Notes under the pieces: model-generated
Database searches by the model: none
Seen by the model: only the letters and a program-made list of their open reading frames with translations
Told to the model about the DNA's origin: nothing
Source: Amoebophrya sp. A120
Lineage: Eukaryota; Protista; Dinoflagellata
Assembly (NCBI GenBank): GCA_905178155.1
Contig: CAJINV010000010.1
Location: forward strand, 3,864,587-3,928,586
Direction: 5' to 3'
Length of the DNA stretch: 64,000 nt
Position numbers and translations under genes: made by a program
In this document: piece after piece, positions 25,631 to 36,900 of the stretch
Layout of the letters: each line of letters begins with the position of its first letter
Position numbering within the stretch: position 1 is the first letter of the stretch

Positions 25631-26925
25631 ATGGACCTCCACGTGCTGCAGGGCCTGGAGCAGGCGTCCTCCTCCTCCCTTGACAAAACTCTGAAGGAAG
25701 AAAAAGCCCGACGAAAAGACAAGGAATTCCGCGAATTTCTGGTGCATTCCGGTGCGGCGGACTCTCTCCTGAAACTCGTCATTTCCCTTCGCGAGCACGA
25801 GGCGTTCACAAGTGAGAAGTTTCCGCTGTCGACCGAGGAAAAGACCGGGATTTTGAAACTTTTGTTCGACTTCTACGGATCCCAGCCAGATCCGATATGG
25901 GACGAGATCGATTTTTTGAGAAAATCGAACACCGCCATGGGACAGGATCTGGTGACGTTGGGGAAAAGTATAAAATGAGACATAAAAGTTTAGCTGGTTG
26001 TAGTGGTTTGGTAAAACAAAAACGACTTTTGTCTTTAATACTATGAGAGTCCTCGCAGGAATACACTTGAAGTACTTTATTAGATTCACGCGGTTCATCT
26101 GTGTTGCGCAAACACACAACTAGGTATCACCAGTGTTGAGCAGGACATTGCAGTAGTGCAAAGACGAGCTTTCGCGGTCCGGGCATGGAAATTCATCTCC
26201 AACCTCGAGGGGACGGATGAAAGGACATTAGATATCCTGAGTAAAAACATACCCACACCAGAGTCAGGATGGGGATTTTGCAACACAAACCTAGGAGTTT
26301 TGTGAGTCACGCATGACAAGTTGCACTATGCAGTAGTGCAGGTTAGCAAGTGCAGCCGCATCACAGATTCATCTGCTCATCCTGTTCACAGCATCACAAA
26401 TTCCAAAACACAATTGGAAATGGCTCTCATGGGGATGCGCGTTACAAGTCTTCCTGTCTTTGCAAATCTGCATTACAACTCTGGCGTGGGTACGTTTTTG
26501 CTCAGGATATTAGAAGAGGGCCAGACGCTGCAGAAACGAGACGCGATAAGCGGTAATTACAATTAGGGCTACTTATACTTTGTCATGCAGATTTGAACAT
26601 AATGATAGTCCTTACACACTGCAGTTCAGCATGACAAACCGAATCCGAATTCATCATATACCAAACCGAAGGTAAAGAGTTTCTCACCCGTCTCATCGGC
26701 GCCTACAAGAAGCTCCCACACCCGTCGCTGGTCGAGCTGCCGTCGATAGAGAAGAAGAAATTTGTCAACCGAGGGGATGTGGACGACCGAATGGCGCTGG
26801 TGTTCATCCCGGAGGCCTTGGGATTGACGGAGGACAACTCGGCTGGGCCGTTGTATCCGGAACCGGACGAGGAGTGTTTCGCGAAAATCGCGGAAGTGCT
26901 GGCTGCGCTGCAGGTGGAGGAGTGA
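25631..26925 (+). CDS. Protein with MYCBP/AMY-1-like N-terminal region; introns 25968-26123 and 26553-26671 plus one introner
   Basis: KDKEFREFLVHSGAADSLLKLVISLRE resembles the MYCBP signature; spliced frame open to TGA at 26923-26925. Confidence 0.55.
26233..26509. mobile_element. Introner, family F
   Basis: TIRs; DR ttaga/ttaga. Confidence 0.9.
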
Positions 26926-27696
26926 CAGTGAGGATTTGTGATAAAAGACGAATAAATTCTCATTCGCACGTCTGTTGCTGTTCCCAACATCGGTTTGTCT
27001 GAAAGGCAATGCTAGTACTAATTGCTTGCTTCAACAAGCAAGAATCCGAGTGGCGTTGTGTCGGCCATCGTCGGTTACTGGCACTCATGCTGTGCAGTTC
27101 TGTTCTTTTGTTATTTAACGCATCCTCGTGACCTGGTTGCGGTTGCGCGAGATGGTCGAATTTGGATTACGCTTTTCTTCCCGTAGCTCCATTCGGTTTA
27201 TGTCATTGATGACACCATCGCCCTTCGTTCGGTCAGGTACAGGTTCTCAATCTGTCTGACTCATGATTCGCTATCGCTACTTTTCGGTGTGGTTGTTTTT
27301 GTGCAAGTCGACGAGGTTTGGCAATAATGTCGGTGTATGTATGAAGTATAGTAAGTACTTCCAAGTAGATCGTCCGTCTCGGCGACGATAAGCAATCGGA
27401 ATTGCCCTCATGTGTTGTTCGGTGTAGATCACAATCGACGCTAAAGCCAATAAAGCTCCAGAGCATGCAAATCGACACTATGGTGAATAAAAGCACGCGA
27501 CACTAAAGCTACACCACTTCACACTACAGCCAGTCACTTCTGGTGTTTTTCTCCTCCTCTTTGTTCTCAGTCTTTATCTTTACGTGTCACAGCCGAAGTC
27601 ACCCCCTACTTTCCTATACATATGTTTTTACTTTATTCCACCCTCTGATTGCGCTCCTGGTGTATATTACCTAATCGTATCACTCCAAAATCAAAA

Positions 27697-30603
27697 ATGT
27701 CCGACTGCAAACCGGAACTGATCCGGCAACTCCAGCTTCTCGCGAACGACCACAAGACGCGCAACGACACCTTTCGCGTCCGGGCCTACAACAAGGTGTT
27801 ACAGTCACTGAAAGATTCCAACGCGGTCGGGGCGATCAAGACGGAAAAGGATCTCGACAATGTTCCGGGGTTGAGCAAAACCGGGTCGATCCGGCAGCGG
27901 ATGGTGACGATTATCAAAAATTTCTCCGCCGCATCATCAAAGGCTACCAGTGCTTCTACCTCTTTATCCCCTGCTTCAACAAACAAACGAAAGCGCAGCG
28001 ACAGTGTGGACAGCAATAGTATTAAACAAGCGAACAGCCAGCAAGGAAATAGTAGTAGCGCAGGAGCGGGAAGTAGTCAGAAGATAAACAGCCAGGATCT
28101 GGACCTTCCAGAAGTGAAAAAGATCAAAGAGTCCAAGGAGTCGCAGATTCTCCAACAGTATACATTGCAAAACTGTCTGGGTCTGGAAGGATGCAAAGTT
28201 TGTCATGCTTGTCTGACATAACTGAAGAGTTTGTGATGCATGTCCAAGAAGAGCAAGAGACCCTCTTGCTTGTAATGCAAAAACGCAGTTTTTTATGCGG
28301 AAACCGCAACACTCAGGCGCGCAAATATTTTTCGTGCTTGGCTGTGCAGCAATGCAGCGCATTCACTATTCCCAGCGCAGCATTACAAGTTTCCAGACTC
28401 AGACAACATATTTGCATTTGATCAACAGCTGCAGAAGATCCATGGATTCGGCGGCGTCCGGGCGCAGCAGCTCGTGAACAGTTACAAGGTAAGAAGTCTG
28501 GCCGACTTGCTGAAATTGCCCGACAATGTTCTAACCCGGACGGAGAAAATTGGCGTGGAATACTACGACGATATCAACGCAGACATCCCGCGACAAGAGA
28601 CCGAGCAGCACGTTGTGTTTCTGAAAAAACAAGTGGAGAAATTGAGTGCCGTGTTGAAGAAGGATAGTACCAGCACTAACAGTAAAAGTAGCCAAATTAT
28701 ATTAAATGATCTCCAATTTTCCTGCGAAGTGACCGGCTCCTTCCGGCGGGGGGAAAAGAAAAACGGCGATATCGATCTAGTTTTGACTATGAAAAACCAC
28801 AAAACCACTCTCGAACCGAAGAAGGTTTTCCAGGGATTTTTAGCCTTGTTGGCAGAAACCGGGTATTTGACGGAAACTTTGTATGAAAGCGTCAGAATCG
28901 AAATCACCAAAATCGAAATAGTTTGTGATGCATAAAATCGATGCCACTTGGGGCCTCAGTTTCCAAGTGGAGCATGACAAATTTCGGGAGCGCCAAAATC
29001 CAGTCTGTCATGCTGTTTGGGCAAATAAGACCGCTCCTGTCATGCTACTCTGGCAATTCATTTTTAGGGCTAAACAGGCTTGCAATCGGTCATATTTGCC
29101 TCCTCTCCAACACTGGCCTTCTGTGCCCTACATTTTACGCATTACAAATATTTTGATTTTGTCGATTTCGATCCTGACACTCCCATACTTTGGCTTCGTC
29201 GGTGGAATTGGAGAATTACGGAAATAGTTCGTATTCACCGGCTATCAAATGCAAAAATGTCTGGGTCTGGAAGATTGCCAGGTTTGTGATGCATATTTTG
29301 CATAACCCATGATGCCTGTAATGCATGAACTAACATCACAGGTTCTTAAGGGTCCTTCTGATGCGTATTCCGCATGAGACATGCCCACTCCGCGCAGCAC
29401 AAACTGAACCCCTCTTGCTGGTCATGCAATACAGATTTTCTTTACCTTCCAAAGACAGCATCACAAGTTGCAACCTTCCAGACCCAGACATTTTTGCATT
29501 TGATACCGGCGGGGAAAAACAATAACAAGGGTAGTATAAAAATAAAAGCCGGTCGCTCGTCAACTTCATCCTCGTCCTCTTTGAATAATAAACCCTCGTC
29601 GACGTCGTCGACCCCGAGCCTAACTTTTTCCCCTTCCAGCAGACTACACGGAGCTGCAATACAAAAGGTTAATTCTGATTCCTCTACAAGTTCCAACAAC
29701 TGGTCGTTGAAATGGACTATCAAATGCAAATATGTCTGGGTCTGGAAGAATGCAAGTTTGTCATGCTTGTCTGGCGTGACTCATAAATCTGTAATGCATG
29801 AGCAGGAAAATGGCCTCTTTCCTGTCACACAAAAACGCAGTTTGCCATGCGGAAAACGAAACACAGTAGTAGCTTAAAAATTTGTCATGCTTGGCTGCGT
29901 ATTGCAGTCCGCCCACCAGTCACATTTTAGCATCACAACTTTCCAGACCCAGGCACTTTTGCATTTGATATGGATGGGTCTGGCGAAACTTTTTCTCCAC
30001 GACAACGACAAGCTCAACAAGCACCGGAGATTGGACATTCTGTTCGTCCCTTCGGAAATTTACCCCTTCACGCTGGTCTATGAGAGTTGATAACTCTCCC
30101 TTCCCCTCATTTGTATTGCATGAACAGCAATACAACCGTTGGCAAGAGTGCGGGTTTTCCATGACAAATTCACCCAGGACTCTAGTGCTGGTTGATCTTT
30201 CTGCCAGAACCTGTCATGCAAAAGGTGCCAAGAGGCAAATAGTGGATTTGGTATTTTGCATGACAAATGAGAGGGAGGGGTTGTGCACTGTCATATGGTC
30301 CATTTCACGGGCAATGCGCTGTTCAACATCGATCTGAGGAACCACGCGCTAAACTGCGGCTACAGTTTGTCCGAGCACGGTTTCCGGTACGTAAAGAAGG
30401 AAAGCAGTGCGAGTCAAGCTGCGCTGAACAAGAAAACACCCTCGAATCAGTACTCGAACCAATTTGTTTCCGAGCTGGACATTTCGAAAAAACTGAACAA
30501 GAAGAAATTCGAGACCGAGGCGGACGTGTTTCGCTTTTTGGGCTTGAAATACATCAACCCGGGGGACAGGAAACATGGAGTGTTAGGGAAGCATCGACTC
30601 TAG
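27697..30603 (+). CDS. DNA polymerase family X (Pol beta/lambda-like), five introners
   Basis: FRVRAYNKV..VPGL; IHGFGGVRAQQLV; GSFRRGEKKNGDIDLVLT; KWMGLAKL; HRRLDILFVP..YPFTLVHFTGN..FNIDLRNHA..LSEHG; EADVFRFLGLKYINPGDR. Confidence 0.9.
28159..28423. mobile_element. Introner, family A
   Basis: TIRs (right end atc); DR aacag/aacag. Confidence 0.88.
28882..29187. mobile_element. Introner, TIR family I (TATGGAAG.GTCAGGATCGAAATC)
   Basis: TIRs; DR ctttg/ctttg. Confidence 0.9.
29243..29505. mobile_element. Introner, family A
   Basis: TIRs; DR ccggc/ccggc. Confidence 0.9.
29718..29970. mobile_element. Introner, family A
   Basis: TIRs; DR tggac/tggat; right copy gives KWMG. Confidence 0.9.
30079..30295. 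mobile_element. Introner, family H
   Basis: TIRs; DR tggtc/tggtc; removal gives LVHFTGN. Confidence 0.9.
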
Positions 30604-32073
30604 ATTGATAGATGAGGAGGTTCTTCATGCATGATAGCAAATTTTTGCTCCTGCTGTTTTCGAAGATTATACTGACGAGGAGGTAATAAATATGGTTTTG
30701 TGTAGCAGGTAGGGGTACCTCTACCTGCTGTTCGAGGACAACAGGTCGGTCTGTGGATCTCCTGTAGGATCTTGTCAGAACAAAAAGACCGCCAAAAAGT
30801 AGTCCTCTCAAGAACTCGAAGCAGAAGTACACAAGAGAGTACATTGCTGTTGCTGCGGTTGCCGTAGTACGATGATTTCGTGTGTAACGATAATGTTCCC
30901 CACTACTTTATTATTGCCTGGTAAGTCTTCCTCCCCGCGGATGGATTTATGTGTTTAGTTTCAGGACTCGGCGTTTCAGAATGTATTGGTGTAGTGTCGT
31001 CCTCGTCCACAGTCGTTCTTATATCGTGCCTCTCGTTGGTTTCGTCCCTCTGTCGGTTTCGTCCACGTCCGTTTCCCCTTCCTTCACCTATTTTTAATTT
31101 TATCGCGGCGAACTACAGGAAGCCACACTCGTTCTCGTTCTTGGTTTCGTCCCTCTGTCGGTTTCGTCCATGTGCATTTCGTTCACCACCAAGTCTTATC
31201 GTGCCGAACTACGTCGGACCACCAGTAATTTCGTGTCGTGTATTTTTGCTGCACCTCCTAGATTGCATTGAGTTTGGGTTCGTTTAGTAAAGTACTTACA
31301 ATTTCCTTCTCCCTGTCGCAGTCCAGTGAAGAACGAGCAGACCACGCACCTGTGCCCTTGTTTTCTAGGAGCAGAAGGCAATCAGAACCAAGACAGAGAC
31401 TGACACAAGTTCTTTAGCAGAGACTGTTTTATAAAAACAGTTAGGAAACTTAAACTACGAAGATGAGCATGAGGCTGAAATCCACCACGAGCTCTTCAGC
31501 AGCTCATCCGCGCACGAAGACCTCCGCTGTCACGGCGCTGCTCTGCTATCTTTGCGAGCATGACTTGTTCCTCGGAACGGACGCGGTGGAGGTGCTGGTG
31601 ACCAAGAAAAATCACAAGAAAGCGACCGTCGTGAAGAAAATGCCTGCTGATGATGAATGTTGATGGCGATGTCGTGAAAACGCCCTCGTCCTCCGCGCTC
31701 GAACGCAAGGAGGAAAATGTTAAAGCAGGGAAGAATGAACAAGATCTTAAAAACAACAACGCTCCTCTCATCTTCGACACGGCGGGCCGGTACAATGCCA
31801 CTGCTTCAACTACACCTGGAGATGAGAATCATGGCTCTGGGCATCCGCATCAAGAGCATGAAGATGACCTCGGAAGCTCCGGGTCGTTTGTCCAGCAAGG
31901 CTATTTTGTCCCGCTGGGCTCGGAACGCTTTGCGGCAATATGAAAGTGCACGAGTCGACGACGTCCCTCTCTCTCGTTTCTTGTCATGCAGAATTCCGAA
32001 TCCTAATCCATTCCTACCTGGGCACTAGCTTTGGCTGTGTTTGCATGACACTTACTGTAATAAGCCCAAACTG

Positions 32074-32282
32074 TATGCAAGAAAAAAACTGTGTAAGTGT
32101 AAGTCTGTGATGCAGAAAATGCAAAACAGTTACGCTTGTCATGCTCTACATGCATGATAGGCTCGCTTCCTACGTGTTTTCCCGTCCTATCTGCGCATGA
32201 CAAGTTTTTCCTGTCATGGCAGACGAACTTGTGATGCTGTTTTCCCAAAAGACCTACACTAACACAGTTTTTTTCTTGGATA
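32074..32282. mobile_element. Introner, family C, nested inside another introner
   Basis: TIRs; DR aactg/aactg; empty site with a single aactg at ~34319. Confidence 0.92.
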
Positions 32283-32337
32283 AACTGCACTGCTTTCCTG
32301 GACTACTAGGTTTGTCGCACAAAAGCCTCACTTTGCA

Positions 32338-33037
32338 TATGGCCCCCTCAAAACGTAAGTTCTCAACTCGTAAGTGCGCTACCCATATTTTTTGCAAACC
32401 CGCTGCCCCATTTTTTTTATTTGTGAGGAGCAGTAGGGCCCGACGCACGTTGACCCGAGCGCGGCAAGCTTACGAAGAACATGCGCTGGACCGCAGCGGC
32501 GGGAAGCTTGCACTGCCATGCTTCGCCGCAACATCTAAAGACGGCCACTGGGCCGGGCATAACGTCACGCGCGAGGGTATGGAGCACATGGGAAATCATC
32601 AAAAAGCTGCGGGCGCTTGATGCCTTCGCACATCCTCCCGGCCGGTCGCAGGGCGCGCGCCACAGCCTTCAGACATGACTTATTTTGCGCCCGTCATCTC
32701 TGACACCATCAGGCAGGTTTCGCCGCGATTCTCTTGCGCCGCCCCGCCCTCCGTCAGCCTATCCTCTTGCGCCGTCCTCCGCCCACCCCAGGGGGGGGTC
32801 GGTCCGTCAGCCTGGGGCGCCCCTCTCCCATTCTTCAGTGCCCCGGTCCGCCCGGCGTCTTTTTTCTTGCATCGGCACCCCGGCCCACCCCCGCTCGTTG
32901 CTTCCTCTCGAAAATACCGGCACAGGCTGGGCCGCCCGCATGCGCATCGCGGCCCGGGCGCAACCGGCCCGGCGAAAATGCGCGTGAGGCTTGCCGCCAC
33001 CCAGTCGGGACGATGGCCGCCCCAATGCTGCCCGGGC
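32338..33037. mobile_element. 700-bp GC-rich insert flanked by a 45-bp target duplication
   Basis: 32293-32337 identical to 33038-33082; single-copy in paralog ~34329-34380; left end resembles family D TIR. Confidence 0.75.
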
Positions 33038-33217
33038 CTTTCCTGGACTACTAGGTTTGTCGCACAAAAGCCTCACTTTGCAGGCTGTTTGTGATGCTTC
33101 TAGACATGCCATACAAACGAGGGCGGGAGGCGGAGGGACTTGTGCACTCGCATATTAGAACGGTAACAGCTGCGGCGGTGGTGCCGGATGTGGGGATCAA
33201 AAGGACTCGGAACAAGG

Positions 33218-33453
33218 TATGGCGTTCTCAAATGTTACATTCTCAGCTGTTGCATGTATTTGTCATGCAAAATGAGCACCAACGTCCACACAGTGAAGCT
33301 GCCTCGCATGACAAATTTTGGAAGGGCTAAACAGCACTGGAATCCGTGCCGAATTTGTAATGTAAGAGTTGCAAGATCCGGTCTTTCCCTGTTGCCATTC
33401 TTGCATCACCAATTCATGTAACAATAGAGAATGTAACACTTGAGAACGCCATG
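33218..33453. mobile_element. Introner, family D
   Basis: TIRs; DR caagg/caagg; empty site with a single caagg at ~34503. Confidence 0.92.
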
Positions 33454-33960
33454 CAAGGAGCCGCACCTGCCCCTGCGGGCGGAGAAGGCGGGGCCGGAGG
33501 TTCCTTTGCCCCCCTGGCAGTGTCGAGCGAAGGTGTGGCATATCCCGCGGAAAAACGTACTCACCCTAGAGTTATCATGGAAATCTAGTGCATGTTGCGC
33601 AGGTGCAAATGGGTACTACATGTTTATACAATATAAGTAAATGTCTCTTCATGCGGAGGCCTATGAGGAGTATGATTCGCTATGATAAGTATAAAGGAAT
33701 TTGTCCTGCTCGAGTCTTCAGCGCACGAGAGTGACGCGGCTGCACTAGACTGAATTGGGACTACAGTTATCAGACGCTGAGTTGTCATGCGGGACCACCT
33801 AAGCTTCTGTGTTTGTCTAGCAGATTTCTATTTTGGCCGTGGGGTGAACGCATTTTCACTCAGGATACGCGGGCAGAAAGAATCATGCGCGTTTATGATG
33901 GCGATTGCCATGCCGTCGACGGCCGTTACTACGCCAAACCGAACGGATAAGATACGATAG

Positions 33961-36900
33961 TAAAGCGGGGAAGGATGAACAAGATCTTAAAAACAACAAC
34001 GCTCCTCTCATCTTCGACACGGCGGGCCGGTACAATGCCACTGCTTCAACTACACCTGGAGATCATGAAGATCATGATTCTGGGCAGCAGCAGCAGGAAG
34101 ATGAAATCGGCTCCGGTTCGTTTGTCCAGCAACGCTATTTTGTCCCGCTGGGTTCGGAACGCTTTGCGTCAATATGAAAGTGCACGAGTCGACGACGCCC
34201 GTCTCTCTCGTTTCTTGTTATGCAGAATTCCGAATCCTATTCCTAATCCATTCCTACCTGGGCACTAACACTAAGTAGCTTCGGCCGTGTTTTCATGACG
34301 CTTACGGTATTAAGCTCAAACTGCACTGCTGTCCTGGCCTACTAGGTTTGTCGCACAAAGAAAAGCCTCACAACTCTGCAGGCTGTTTGTGATGCTAGAC
34401 ATGCAATACAAACGAGGGCGGGGAGGGACTTGTGCACTCGCATATTAGAACGGTAACAGCTGCGGCGGTGGTGCCGGATGTGGGGATCAAAACGACCAGG
34501 AACAAGGAGCCGCGCCTGCCCCTGCGGGCGGAGAAGGTGGGGCCGGAGGTTCCTTTGCCCCCCTGGCAGTGTCGAGCGAAGGTGTGGCATATCCCGCGGA
34601 AAAACGTACTCACCCTAGAATTATCATGGAAATCTAGTGCATGCTGCCGCTGCGCAGGTGCAAATGGCTACTACATGTGTCTCTTCATGCGGAGGCCGCT
34701 GAGGAGTATGATCCGCTATGATAAGTATGAAGGAATAATTTCTTCTGCTCGAATCTTCAGCGCACGAGAGTGACGCGGCTGCACTAGACTTAATTTTAAG
34801 GGTTGAAAAAATTAAGGTTTACATCAGGGTTTTGGTTCGTGGTTTCATAGATTTCGCAGCCCCCGCCTTTGTCCCTCTTCGCACCGCCCGGCAGTTGTCC
34901 AGGTGGTGCCTTGGTTCGTATTTCGTCTGGCTGGCAAAACCAAAGCCGCCGGGCCTTCAGAGCTGAAGGCCCTTCTACCTTGATGCCGATCCAGATTTTG
35001 TGCGAGGTGTCGCCACAATTCTGACGAGCGCACGCTGGCTGATTTGGGGGTCAGCATTTCCCTCGAGATCTAGGCTGGCATCTACGCCAGGCAAGCCGCC
35101 TCGCCTCGCGCGTTACTTGGTACGCGGAGCAGGCTGCCCGGCTTTTCTGCCTCCGGATCTCGTTCCGCAATCTTGCGGGACAACGTTCGGAGGCAGAGGT
35201 AGATCACCATCCTGGCCAGCCAAAGAGATGCTTGCCCCTGTGATGGCTGCCGCCAAAGCGGCAGGGTTTTGGTCAGGGTTTTGCTCCGAAAAGGCTCACC
35301 GCAATCGAAGCAAAAACTTATTTTTTTCGGGAGCTTCCCCCGAGCTAATAAAATAAGTTTTTGCTTTCGCTTTGCCCTCCTTTTTGTGGCTGAAAGTGTG
35401 GAGCTGTTCTGGGCCGGTATGTTCGCCCACATCGTGCCCAGACAACCTACCTGGCCCTGCAAGTTACTTGGGGCAAGTGACAGGGCGCCCGGTTGCTCTG
35501 CCTCAGGATCTCGCTCCGCAATCTTGCGGGACAATGTTCGGAGGCAGAGGTAGACCACCCTCCTGGCCAACCAAAGGGACGCCCGTTTCTGAGGCGTCCG
35601 CCGCCGACCTCATCTGCAAACCAAAACCTTACTTTATTAGGTGGCGTTTCGGAGAAAAAATAATTAAGGTTTTGGTTTGGAGATGAGGTCGGAAGCCCGG
35701 TTTTCCCGGGGCTTCCCCCGAGCTAGTACGGTATGTCTTTGTCGTCAAATCGGCCACCCGGGTGTGCGGGTCTAGGCATGGCCAACATCCGCCGCCGGAG
35801 ATTGACTGGGCAAAATCCCGGCCACAACAAGAGGGCTGCTTTCCGGGGCTGCTTTCGGAGCTCGTGTTGAAAGCAAAAACTTATTTTATTAGCTCGTGTT
35901 TCGGAAGAAAAAAAACTAAGTTTTTGATTTGAAATGAGCTCGTTATACCCAGCCGACAAAAGTCGGCCTCTCTTTTTGAGGTCAAGTTCCTACGGGCCGG
36001 CCATGGCCAGCCTCCAGCCACTGCGAGTGGCCCAGCAGGAAGTGGACCGCAAAAAGAGAGGGCGATCTTTGAGGTTGGGTTGTCGACCTCATCTCCAAAC
36101 CTAAACCTTAGTTTTTTTTTGTCCGAAACGCGACCTAATAAAATAAGGCTTTGGCTTGAAGATGAGGTCGACGGCGGACACCTCAGAGCCAAGCATCTCT
36201 GTGGCTGGCCAGGAAGGTGATCTACCTCTGCCTCCGCACGTCGCCGCGCAAGATTGCGGAGCGAGATCCGGAGGCAGAAAAGACGGGCGCCCTGCCATAT
36301 GCTCCAAGTAACTTGCAGGGCCAGGTAGGTTGTCTGGGCACGATGTGGGCGAACATACCGGCCCAGAACAGCTCCACACTTTCAGCCACAAAAAGGAGGG
36401 CAAAGCGAAAGCAAAAACTTATTTTATTAGCTCGGGGGAAGCTCCCGAAAAAAATAAGTTTTTGCTTCGATTGCGGTGAGCCTTTTCGGAGCAAAACCCT
36501 GACCAAAACCCTGCCGCTTTGGCGGCAGCCATCACAGGGACAGGCATATCCGTCGTTGGCCGTTAAGGTGCTCTGCCTCTGCCTCCTCCCGTTGTCCCGC
36601 AAGATTGTGGAACGAGATCCGGGGGCAGAGAAGCCGGGCGCCCTGCCAGTTGCTCCAGGTGGCTTGCACGACGAAGCAGGCCGCCTCGACACGATATGGG
36701 CGAGCATATCGGCGCAGCTCGGCTCCGCACTTTCGGCCACAAGATGAAGCACAAAGCGAAAGCAAAAGCTTACTTTTCTAGATCGGGGGAAGCTCCCGGG
36801 AAAAGTAAGTCTTTGCGTCCATGTCCGTGAGCCTCTTCTGAGCAAAACCCTGGCCAAAACCTTGCCGCTTTGGCGGCAGCCACTACAGGGACAAGCATCT

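Larger units (their letters stand above)
31939..33154. mobile_element. Family H-like introner expanded by two nested insertions
   Basis: Ends tatgaaagtgcacgagtc / gacttgtgcactcgcata; unexpanded paralog at 34173-34444; no clear DR. Confidence 0.75.
31463..33949 (+). pseudogene. 5' copy of a partially tandem-duplicated putative secreted-protein gene; probably disrupted
   Basis: Leader ending AVEVLVTKK; apparent frameshift near 31660; last exon stops at ..KPNG* at the duplication junction. Confidence 0.4.

Noticed and set aside
34791-34810. TTAA/TTAGGG at the 2.9-kb element ends suggesting piggyBac or telomere repeat
   Set aside because: The empty site supports a 5-bp taatt TSD; no TTAA-CCC terminus and no tandem telomeric units
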